Shown: positions 8,428-16,089 of the stretch, one piece after another
How positions within the stretch are numbered: the first letter of the stretch is position 1
How the letters are laid out: each line of letters opens with the position of its first letter
NCBI GenBank assembly: GCA_964575655.1
Contig: CAZNQV010000003.1
Coordinates: 1-39,533 of the forward strand
Source: an uncultured Muribaculaceae bacterium
Lineage (GTDB): Bacteria; Bacillota_I; Bacilli_A; RF39; UBA660
Reading direction: 5' to 3'
DNA: 39,533 nt
Notes under the pieces: model-generated
Databases searched by the model: none
Seen by the model: only the letters and a program-made list of their open reading frames with translations
What the model was told of the DNA's origin: nothing
Position numbers and translations under genes: made by a program

Positions 8428-8964
8428 ATGAGAAAAGAAAAGGAATTTAAAACTTTTGCCATAATTGCTATTTTCATTGCTATAATTGGTTTATCAATTG
8501 GTTATGCTAATCTTAGTGAAACATTAAGAATTAATTCTAAAACTACTTTAGAGGGTTCTACTTGGAAAATTGAGTTTGAAAATGTTGGAACACCAACTTT
8601 AAATGGTACAGCGGCGATCGTTACTCCGGCTAGTTTAACTGCAACAATCATATCGCTTGATGTATCTTTAACTAAGCCTGGAGATAGTATAATTTATACT
8701 TTTGATGTAACTAACAAAGGGGATATTGATGCTAAATTAAGTGCTATACCGACAATAACTGGATTAGATGAAGCTACAGCAAATAATATCAATTATACAT
8801 TAACTTATGCCAATGGAGGTGCTTTAACAGCTAATGATGAGTTAAATGCTGGTGATACCAAAAATTTAAAACTAACAATAGTTTTTAATAGTACTGCTAC
8901 AACAGTGGTGGCAACTGATACCATATTAAATATTAATGCTTCACTGGTATATGTACAAAAATAA
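8428..8964 (+). CDS. small exported beta-rich protein, TasA/camelysin-like (or CARDB-like) candidate fibre subunit
   Basis: MRKEKEFKTFAIIAIFIAIIGLSIGYA/NLSETLRINS...: a signal anchor with small residues at -3/-1 (G-Y-A). ...SLTKPGDSIIYTFDVTNKGDIDAKL... resembles the TasA segment NLKPGDKLTKDFQFENNGSLAIK (recalled from memory). About 150 aa mature. RBS GAAAGGA precedes 8428. Confidence 0.45.
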   Translation: MRKEKEFKTFAIIAIFIAIIGLSIGYANLSETLRINSKTTLEGSTWKIEFENVGTPTLNGTAAIVTPASLTATIISLDVSLTKPGDSIIYTFDVTNKGDIDAKLSAIPTITGLDEATANNINYTLTYANGGALTANDELNAGDTKNLKLTIVFNSTATTVVATDTILNINASLVYVQK

Positions 8965-8972
8965 TATGTGCA

Positions 8973-10100
8973 ATGTTAACAAATAAAAATAAAACAATTA
9001 TTTTACTGATAGTTATGCTAGGGTTCATACTTTTTCTTAATTTTTATTATGATTTATTTAGTTTATATAAAAGTGTAAGTAGTCTTTTTTGGATAATATC
9101 TTTTTTTATAATTATAATACTGATTGGTTTCAATAAGGATAAATATATATATAAAATTGATATAATACAATTAGTATTTATTTATACTTTTTGTTATTTG
9201 ATTTTTATTTATATTTTAGGAATTATCTTGGGTTTTTCAACTAGTCCTTATACTCATAGTATCAGTAATATTATTAAAAATAGTTTTTTTGCGGTATTAT
9301 TGATTATCTTTCAAGAATTATTTAGATATACTGTAATAGCGAAAGAAAACAAAAGGTTGAATCTTTTGGTTACAGTTTTGATTATTATATTTGATATAGT
9401 TTTAGGATTAAATTTATACGATGTAATGCTCGTTACTGATGTTTTTAAACTATTTGCATTAATTATTATTCCTAGTATATGTCGTAATACTCTGCTAACT
9501 TTTTTAACAATTAAAGCTGGATATTTACCAAGTATTTTATATCGAATAATTCTAACTATGTATATTTATATATTACCGATTTTTCCAGATTTAGGTATTT
9601 ATTTGGAATCAATATTTTATATTGTATTACCAATGATAATCTACTTAAGAATTAATAAATTATTAGATAAACAAGTTAGAAAAAATAATTATCAAAAAAG
9701 AACTTTGAAAGCTGTTTTAACTATGCCATTATTTGCAATTAGTATATTAATAATATGTTTAGTGTCTGGTTTATTTAAATATACTATCTTAGCGATTGGA
9801 TCTAATTCAATGTACCCTTATATAAAAAAAGGTGATGTAATTATTTTTGAAAAAACTTCTAATTATCAAAGTTTTAAGGAAAAAGATATTTTATTATACA
9901 ATTACAATAATAAAATAATTGTTCATCGGATTGTAGACATTAAGCAAAGTACTGGTAAATATGTTTTTTTTACTAAGGGAGATAATAATAAAACAATTGA
10001 TAATTATCCCATATATGAAAATATGATAGTTGGAAAAGGGATCACGAAAATACCTTTTGTGGGTTTTCCATCAGTATGGTTTAGTGAAGTTATTGACTAG
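8973..10100 (+). CDS. ER/archaeal-type (S26B, SipW-like) signal peptidase I fused to an N-terminal polytopic (~7-8 TM) membrane domain
   Basis: The C-terminal ~110 aa carry ...LAIGSNSMYPYIKKGDVIIF... (Ser box), ...VHRIVDI... (His box) and ...FFTKGDNNKTIDN... (GDNN box), which is the SipW/Sec11 pattern rather than the Lys-type LepB pattern. The preceding ~260 aa are almost entirely hydrophobic helices. Confidence 0.75.
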   Translation: MLTNKNKTIILLIVMLGFILFLNFYYDLFSLYKSVSSLFWIISFFIIIILIGFNKDKYIYKIDIIQLVFIYTFCYLIFIYILGIILGFSTSPYTHSISNIIKNSFFAVLLIIFQELFRYTVIAKENKRLNLLVTVLIIIFDIVLGLNLYDVMLVTDVFKLFALIIIPSICRNTLLTFLTIKAGYLPSILYRIILTMYIYILPIFPDLGIYLESIFYIVLPMIIYLRINKLLDKQVRKNNYQKRTLKAVLTMPLFAISILIICLVSGLFKYTILAIGSNSMYPYIKKGDVIIFEKTSNYQSFKEKDILLYNYNNKIIVHRIVDIKQSTGKYVFFTKGDNNKTIDNYPIYENMIVGKGITKIPFVGFPSVWFSEVID

Positions 10101-10113
10101 GAGGTAAAAGTTT

Positions 10114-11136
10114 ATGAATAAGAATAATACCAGAACAAATATTAAACTATTGATAGTATTGATATTATTAGTTGCAATGATTGTTTTTTGGGTGCGTTAT
10201 TTTCAAACTGCTCGTGATTCTTTTGTACAAAATGCCATTAGTTATAATGAAAAAGGTGAATTAAATTATAGTGTTTGCTTAGTCAAGAATGATTATATTG
10301 AAGAAAGTTGTTTTACTGAAAAAAGAAGTTTTATTACCAGTTTAATTGATTATATTGTTATAAAATTTAACTATAATTTTAGTGCTTCTGATGTTGTTAA
10401 TAATGATTATAATTATGTAATAAAAGCCTCAGTTGTAGCAAATGAAAGAGGGGAACAATCAAAAGTAGTTTATACTAAAGAAGAAATCCTAGTAAATGAG
10501 CAATCAAATAAAAATAGTACTGCTAATATCAATATTTTTGAAAGCATTAAGATAGATTATCAGAAATATAATAGTTTAATTACTGAATTTAAGAAAACAT
10601 ATTTTTTGTCATTAGATAGTAAATTAAACATTGTAGCAGAAGTAAATATAAATAATAAAGAGGTTAAAACTATTATATTAACTATTCCTTTATCAGAACA
10701 AACAACTAATATTATTGATAACGACGCTAAACTAGAAAATAATGGGATATTAACACAAAACAACATGCAGAAATTTTCTTTTTTAGAAGATATTGTTTTA
10801 GTAGTTAGTAGTATTGTTATAATTGTTTTATTATTTCTAATTATTAAATATATTAAACAAATAAAAGCCAATAATAAGAGATATTATGGCAGAATAAGAT
10901 ATATTTTAAAACATTATGATGAAATAGTTGGCAAAACGAAAATAATGCCCAATTTAGTGGATTATAGAGTTATTGAAATGAGTAGTTTTGAAGAACTATT
11001 GGATATTCGAAACAATTTAGGTAAACCTATATTATTTCATGAGAATAATAATAAAACAGAGGCTAATTTTATGATTTTGAACAATAATGAAATATATCTA
11101 TATAAAATACATAGAGATGACGAAAATGAGAAATAA
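10114..11136 (+). CDS. bitopic/two-TM membrane protein of unknown function (extracytoplasmic ~200-aa domain, cytoplasmic ~95-aa tail)
   Basis: Strong RBS AGGAGG. TM1 is IKLLIVLILLVAMIVFWV and TM2 is IVLVVSSIVIIVLLFLII. No catalytic motif recognised. Confidence 0.55.
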   Translation: MNKNNTRTNIKLLIVLILLVAMIVFWVRYFQTARDSFVQNAISYNEKGELNYSVCLVKNDYIEESCFTEKRSFITSLIDYIVIKFNYNFSASDVVNNDYNYVIKASVVANERGEQSKVVYTKEEILVNEQSNKNSTANINIFESIKIDYQKYNSLITEFKKTYFLSLDSKLNIVAEVNINNKEVKTIILTIPLSEQTTNIIDNDAKLENNGILTQNNMQKFSFLEDIVLVVSSIVIIVLLFLIIKYIKQIKANNKRYYGRIRYILKHYDEIVGKTKIMPNLVDYRVIEMSSFEELLDIRNNLGKPILFHENNNKTEANFMILNNNEIYLYKIHRDDENEK

Positions 11137-13183
11137 AAACATAATAATTATATGTATTTGTTTTATTTTTATATTTAGTATAACTATTGGTTATGCTGTT
11201 TTAAGTGAACAATTAAATATTAATAGTATGGTAACAGTGAGAAGTCAGAAGGATATTAGAATAACTAGTTTAAATGGATTTGTATCGACTAATGAAGGTT
11301 ATGAAATATATGTTGCTAGGTATAATGAAAATCAAATGGTGTTTAATATTGCTTTACCTAATATAGAATCTAATATTAGTTATAATGCTTCCATAACTAA
11401 TTATGGAAATACTAATATGAAAGTTAAAACAATTACAAATGAATCGTATAACAACAATGCTATTACCTACTATTTAAATGGCGTTAGAGAAGGTGATGTT
11501 ATTACTAATGGTGAAACAATTAATTTTAATATTGTATTTGAATATGATGATAATTTAACAACTATTCCTTCAAATAACGAATTAGGTGCAGTTATAAGTT
11601 TTGAATTTGAGGATTATGTATTAAATGATTATGTTTATGAAGAAAATGGTCTAATTTTAAATTTAATGGGACTTGATCAACCAGTAAATAATATTTGGTA
11701 TGATCGAGTGGATAATAAACCAATGTATTTAACTAATGCACTATATAATTCTGAAAGAAAAAGTTATTCCTTTAATAGTAATAGTTTTGGAACAATGAAT
11801 ATACCCATAATTCCTGAAACTGGTGATTTTACTCTAGAAACATATATTAAAACTCCAAATATATTTTTGAATAATGCTGATGAAGCGATTATTGCTCAAG
11901 TTAGTGATAGTGAAAATGATACAGGTCGATTTAAATTAAATATAAAATATAATTCAGAGTTAACTTCTAAATATCAAATATTAGCATTTATTAATTCATC
12001 AGTTTTAAGTAGTAATGTAACATTTAATTATACTATTTTACCAGTAATAGATACTGATTATTTACTACAATTAGTTAGAATTAATGATGAATTCAAACTA
12101 TATTTAAATGGAATAGAGATATTTAATAACACAGTTTTTTCTTCTAATAATACAGTTTCACAAGGACCTTTTAAAATAGGCAAATGGAATACTAAATCTA
12201 ATCAACCATTTACTGGGCAGATTTTTTCAATTAGAGTTTATAATCGAGCATTGACTGATCAAGAATTAAATAAAAACAAGAATACTGATTATCATTATTA
12301 TCAACAAGCTAATGTTACTGATACTATTAAAACTTATGCTGTTAATTATCATTTAGTTGATAGTGGTAGTGGGTTATATCATATAGATAATGAACACTAT
12401 ATTTATAAGGGTAATAGTAGTGTTAATAATTATGTAAAATTCGCTGAAAGTGATGATTTATATAGAATTATTGCTTTTGAAAATAATGATGTTATGAAAC
12501 TAATTAATGTTTCTAAAATTATTAATCGAGCTTTTGATGAAAGTGGTAATCGTACTACTGATAGTTCGTCATATTGTACATATGCTTCGACTTTAATTGA
12601 AAATTCGACTACTGAATTTCATGGTTGTAATGCTTGGAACTCAAATTCTGAATTAGTTACACCAGCATCATCAGGGAATGTTGTTAATGATTCATCTATT
12701 TTAACTTATTTGAATAATGATTTTTATAATTCTCTGCCTATTAGTATTAAAAATAAAATTATTGCTCATAATTTTTATTCTGGTCTAGTGGAGGCTGGTG
12801 TATCATCTGCTACAGCATTACAACAAATTAGATCGGTTACTTGGAATGGTAAGATTGGGTTAGTATCGTTAGGTGATGTATTAAATGCTTCACTTACTAA
12901 TTTTGAAATTGGTATAAATAATACAAATATTAGTAATTATTTTACATTTTATACTGGATCTAATAAATTTATTTGGACAATGACTGGAGCTAGTAATAAC
13001 ACTTGGGATGTGTGGACTTTAATTAACGGAGCAATTGGTAAGAGAAGAGCGAGTAGAACTGAACAAGAAATAACTTCGAATTTAACCGCTAAATACTATG
13101 TTTTTCCAGTTTTTTATACTAATAGTGATGTTGTAGCTGCAGGAAATGGTTCACTTTCACTACCTTTTATTATTCCAAATTAG
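11126..13183 (+). CDS. large exported protein: SipW-type leader + TasA-like N-domain + LamG/concanavalin-like domain + uncharacterised C-terminal domain
   Basis: MRNKNIIIICICFIFIFSITIGYA/VLSEQLNINS... carries the same leader motif as 8428-8964. LamG_3-like hallmarks: ...GDFTLETYIKTP... and ...FTGQIFSIRVYNRALTDQELNKN.... The start could also be 11117 or 11087. Confidence 0.65.
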   Translation: MRNKNIIIICICFIFIFSITIGYAVLSEQLNINSMVTVRSQKDIRITSLNGFVSTNEGYEIYVARYNENQMVFNIALPNIESNISYNASITNYGNTNMKVKTITNESYNNNAITYYLNGVREGDVITNGETINFNIVFEYDDNLTTIPSNNELGAVISFEFEDYVLNDYVYEENGLILNLMGLDQPVNNIWYDRVDNKPMYLTNALYNSERKSYSFNSNSFGTMNIPIIPETGDFTLETYIKTPNIFLNNADEAIIAQVSDSENDTGRFKLNIKYNSELTSKYQILAFINSSVLSSNVTFNYTILPVIDTDYLLQLVRINDEFKLYLNGIEIFNNTVFSSNNTVSQGPFKIGKWNTKSNQPFTGQIFSIRVYNRALTDQELNKNKNTDYHYYQQANVTDTIKTYAVNYHLVDSGSGLYHIDNEHYIYKGNSSVNNYVKFAESDDLYRIIAFENNDVMKLINVSKIINRAFDESGNRTTDSSSYCTYASTLIENSTTEFHGCNAWNSNSELVTPASSGNVVNDSSILTYLNNDFYNSLPISIKNKIIAHNFYSGLVEAGVSSATALQQIRSVTWNGKIGLVSLGDVLNASLTNFEIGINNTNISNYFTFYTGSNKFIWTMTGASNNTWDVWTLINGAIGKRRASRTEQEITSNLTAKYYVFPVFYTNSDVVAAGNGSLSLPFIIPN

Positions 13184-13212
13184 AATATGTTAATTAGGCA
13201 TGTTCTTTTTTT
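13182..13212 (+). terminator. rho-independent terminator closing the SipW-like cluster
   Basis: AGAATATG-(9 nt)-CATGTTCT (one G-T pair) followed by TTTTTT. Confidence 0.55.
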
Positions 13213-13246
13213 ATGATAATAAAAATAATCTATATTAGGTGATAAT

Positions 13247-14332
13247 ATGTTTCATAAGAGAATAGATCAAAGAATGAAAGTTGTTTTAATATTTATTTTA
13301 GTTTTTTTATTGTTTATTATACTGAGAATTGTTTTTATTGAAACAATATCTAATAAAAAACTAAAACTATTAGCAGATGATCTATGGAGTAGAGAATTAC
13401 CTATAACGGCAGAACGAGGTAATATTTATGACCGTAATGGTAAGGTTTTAGCAACTAATATTACAACAACGAGTTTAATCATTGTTCCTAATCAAGTGAA
13501 AAACAAGCAAGAAACAGCGCAAATAATTGCCGATATTTTAAATGTTGATTTTGAAGAGATATATGAACATACAACCGCTATTTCATCACTAGAAAGAGTT
13601 CATCCAGAAGGAAGAGGACTAAGCTATGAAATAGCCGATGAGATTAATAGTCATCAACTTGATGGTGTTTATTTAGTAAAGGAAGCTAAAAGATCTTATC
13701 CTAATGGAACAACTCTATCGCATGTTTTAGGATTTGTTGGAATTGATAATCAAGGACTAAGTGGTTTGGAACTACAATATGATTCTTATTTAAAGGGTGA
13801 TAGTGGGGCAATTAAATATTATGCGGATGCCAAAGGAAATAAGTTAAAGATGAGTGAAATGTATGTTCAACCGACTAGTGGCAATAATATATATTTGACA
13901 ATTGATTATGATATTCAAATGTCTTTAGAAAGAGAATTAGATAACGTTGTATCAATGTTTACACCAGATAATGCTTTAGCAATTGTAATGAATCCTAATA
14001 CAGGTGAGATTTATGGTATGAGTTCAAGACCGGCATTTGATCCTAATGATTATCAAAAGTATACAGTTGAGACGTTAAATCGTAATTTACCTGTTTGGTA
14101 TGCTTATGAACCGGGGTCAACCTTTAAAATCGTAACAACAGCTGCAACAGTAGAAGAAGGACTAATTAATTTAGAAAAGGATACTTTTCATGATTCTGGA
14201 TCGGTTGTAATTGAAGGAGCTAGATTAAAGTGCTGGAAAACTAAAGGTCATGGGCATCAAACTTTTTTACAAGTATTTGAAAATTCATGTAATCAAGGGT
14301 TTTATATAGAGATACCTTTGAGTATAATGTAA
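13247..14332 (+). CDS. spoVD: 5' segment of a split SpoVD-type class B PBP gene (authentic coding through 14293, then 13 element-derived codons and a stop)
   Basis: TM plus PBP dimerisation domain. SxxK = STFK (EPGSTFKIVT) and SxN = SCN (ENSCN) lie right at the junction. After N(14291-14293) the sequence reads QGFYIEIPLSIM*, unrelated to PBPs. No KTG box in this segment. Confidence 0.85.
   Translation: MFHKRIDQRMKVVLIFILVFLLFIILRIVFIETISNKKLKLLADDLWSRELPITAERGNIYDRNGKVLATNITTTSLIIVPNQVKNKQETAQIIADILNVDFEEIYEHTTAISSLERVHPEGRGLSYEIADEINSHQLDGVYLVKEAKRSYPNGTTLSHVLGFVGIDNQGLSGLELQYDSYLKGDSGAIKYYADAKGNKLKMSEMYVQPTSGNNIYLTIDYDIQMSLERELDNVVSMFTPDNALAIVMNPNTGEIYGMSSRPAFDPNDYQKYTVETLNRNLPVWYAYEPGSTFKIVTTAATVEEGLINLEKDTFHDSGSVVIEGARLKCWKTKGHGHQTFLQVFENSCNQGFYIEIPLSIM
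14291..14294. repeat. attL core (AATC shared with attR)
   Basis: tcatgtAATCaagggtttt compared with aagcAATCcaggatttg at 18049-18052. Flanking similarity follows the pattern AATCnAGGnTTT. Confidence 0.6.
14308..14315. repeat. element-internal inverted-repeat arm (left), putative recombinase half-site
   Basis: AGAGATAC is the reverse complement of GTATCTCT at 18026-18033. On the excised circle the arms would be 32 nt apart, with the midpoint on AA of the AATC core. Confidence 0.5.
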
Positions 14333-14642
14333 ACACAATAGATATATTACAATAGTATTAAAAATCTTTGCATAAAAATAATTTTAATTGGAAATCATAA
14401 TATAATTTGCATGAATTCAATTATGTATCATCAATCCAATTTATTTACTAATCATTATGATACATGATATAATAACTATACAAATTTAAAAGAAACTATT
14501 ATATATAAAAAAATTAATGTATCAGATCAAAAAAACTAAAAAAAACTAGATCATCAAACATTTATTGTTGTAAAAGAAAGTAAATATGTTTTTAATGGAT
14601 ATATTAAAAATAATATTAAAAAATAAATAGGAGCACTAAAAA

Positions 14643-15503
14643 ATGAATCATATATATATAAAAGCAAGAGCAAAAATAAACTTAACTCTAAATGTATTAG
14701 ATAAAAGAGATGATGGATATCATAATATAGAATCAATATTTCAAAGAATTTGTTTATATGATAAAATACATATCTATAAAATAAAAAATGATGAATTTAT
14801 ATTAGAAACAAATATATCAGAAATAAACAACAAAGAAAATATAATATATAAAGCATACATTGAACTTAAAAATAGATATAATCAAATTTCGGGAATAAAA
14901 GTAAAACTGAATAAAAGAATACCAATGCAAGCTGGCTTAGGTGGAGGAAGTGCAGATTGTGCTAGTTTTATATTAGCAATGAATAAACTCTTTAAATTAA
15001 ATCTCTCTGAAGTAGAAATGATCGAAATAGGTGAAAAGTTAGGTTCCGATGTAGTTCCATGCTTTTATAATCAAGTTGTTAAAGCTGAAGGTAAGGGAAA
15101 TATAATTAGTAAAATAAATTCGAAATGTCAGTTTCATGTCTTAATTATAAAACCTGATTTTACATGTAGTACTGTAAAAATGTATCAAAAATTTGATGAT
15201 AGGTATATAGAGCAAAATTATAATTCACACAAAATGATAGATGCGTTAAGAACAGGTGATATATTTGAAATTTCACAAAACTTATACAATGTATTTGAAC
15301 AAGTGATAGAAAAAAAAGAATTGATTAATAAAATAAAAATTGAGTTAGAGAAAAATGGAGCTATAGGTAGTTTGATGTGTGGCTCAGGCTCGTGTGTATT
15401 TGGTATATTTTGCAATAAAAAACAAATAAAAAAAGCTTATAAAAAGTTGAAAAAAACATATGATTTATATATGTGTCTTTCTTATAATAATAGAAATAGA
15501 TGA
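14643..15503 (+). CDS. ispE: 4-diphosphocytidyl-2-C-methyl-D-erythritol kinase-like GHMP kinase
   Basis: AKINLTLNVLDKRDDGYHNIESIFQ... is the IspE N-terminal signature. GHMP motif PMQAGLGGGSADCA. C-terminal GSGSCVFG. RBS AGGAG. Confidence 0.8.
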   Translation: MNHIYIKARAKINLTLNVLDKRDDGYHNIESIFQRICLYDKIHIYKIKNDEFILETNISEINNKENIIYKAYIELKNRYNQISGIKVKLNKRIPMQAGLGGGSADCASFILAMNKLFKLNLSEVEMIEIGEKLGSDVVPCFYNQVVKAEGKGNIISKINSKCQFHVLIIKPDFTCSTVKMYQKFDDRYIEQNYNSHKMIDALRTGDIFEISQNLYNVFEQVIEKKELINKIKIELEKNGAIGSLMCGSGSCVFGIFCNKKQIKKAYKKLKKTYDLYMCLSYNNRNR

Positions 15504-15853
15504 TATAGTTGTAGATTTTGATTCTGTTTTAAGGAAAATATATACAAAGGTAAATGAAGAACATGATGCCTTAAGATTTAAAAAAAATATGTCAGATGGA
15601 ACATATTGCGCATTTGAAGTGTTATATAAACAAAGAAAATTATTAAACACCTAAACTATGTTTATGGATAAAGTCGATTTTGTGATAAAACAAAAGAAGT
15701 CTACTGGGTTACTGCCTGTAAGTAAAAACTCCTTAGGCTATACGTCCAAAACGCGTAACTTTTCGACTTCATCTGGTAACAATATACTACAATCTAACAC
15801 AAATGTCAAATTGCCACCTGCTATCACTAATAGTAATATGCAAGAAAATGAAA

Positions 15854-15888
15854 ATATCAACTTAAAAGAACTTTAAGTTGATATTTTT
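15854..15888 (+). terminator. strong rho-independent terminator inside the element
   Basis: Perfect 13-bp stem ATATCAACTTAAA / TTTAAGTTGATAT with a 5-nt loop, followed by TTTT. Confidence 0.7.
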
Positions 15889-16089
15889 AATAAAATACTA
15901 ATTAAAAAACTTGTTCCTTTTTCTATATTAACAAATGTAATAGAATTTAATATTATAGTAGTCATAAAGTAAGTAACCGATTATGATAACTCATTATTTA
16001 AATGATATGAAAAATTTCAAACAGTGATTAAATTTTAACTCATAATATTGATTTTTTTTAATACTTTTAAATAAAAGGGAGGTAAAAAA

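Noticed and set aside
9270-9300. QELFRY in the polytopic domain of the fused peptidase considered as a CPBP/CAAX-protease EExxxR motif
   Set aside because: The spacing is one residue short of EExxxR, the first Glu is Gln, and I cannot find the FxxxH and HxxxN/D motifs downstream. The resemblance is probably fortuitous.
15696-15770. A 75-nt segment of tRNA-like length with terminal GAAGTC/GACTTC pairing
   Set aside because: There is no cloverleaf. It lacks a T-loop (GTTCRANNC) and D-loop consensus, and the second internal hairpin competes with the GTTAC/GTAAC helix. I do not call it a tRNA. It is kept only as a weak structured-RNA possibility in the findings.
15460-15876. Track ORFs 15460-15654 and 15658-15876 as genuine protein-coding genes
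   Set aside because: Neither has a Shine-Dalgarno sequence. The first overlaps the ispE 3' end, the two share one frame broken by a single stop, and the composition is atypical. I treat them as a decayed gene or non-coding region.
15889-16089. Sporulation sigma (sigma-E/sigma-K) promoter upstream of the small ORF and recombinase (for example CATAATAT near 16043)
   Set aside because: Matches to AC-N16/17-CATAnnnTA or ATA-N-CATACAnT are partial and are expected by chance in DNA this AT-rich. A sigma-A-like TTAACA-17-TATTAT pair is equally plausible. This cannot be decided from sequence alone.
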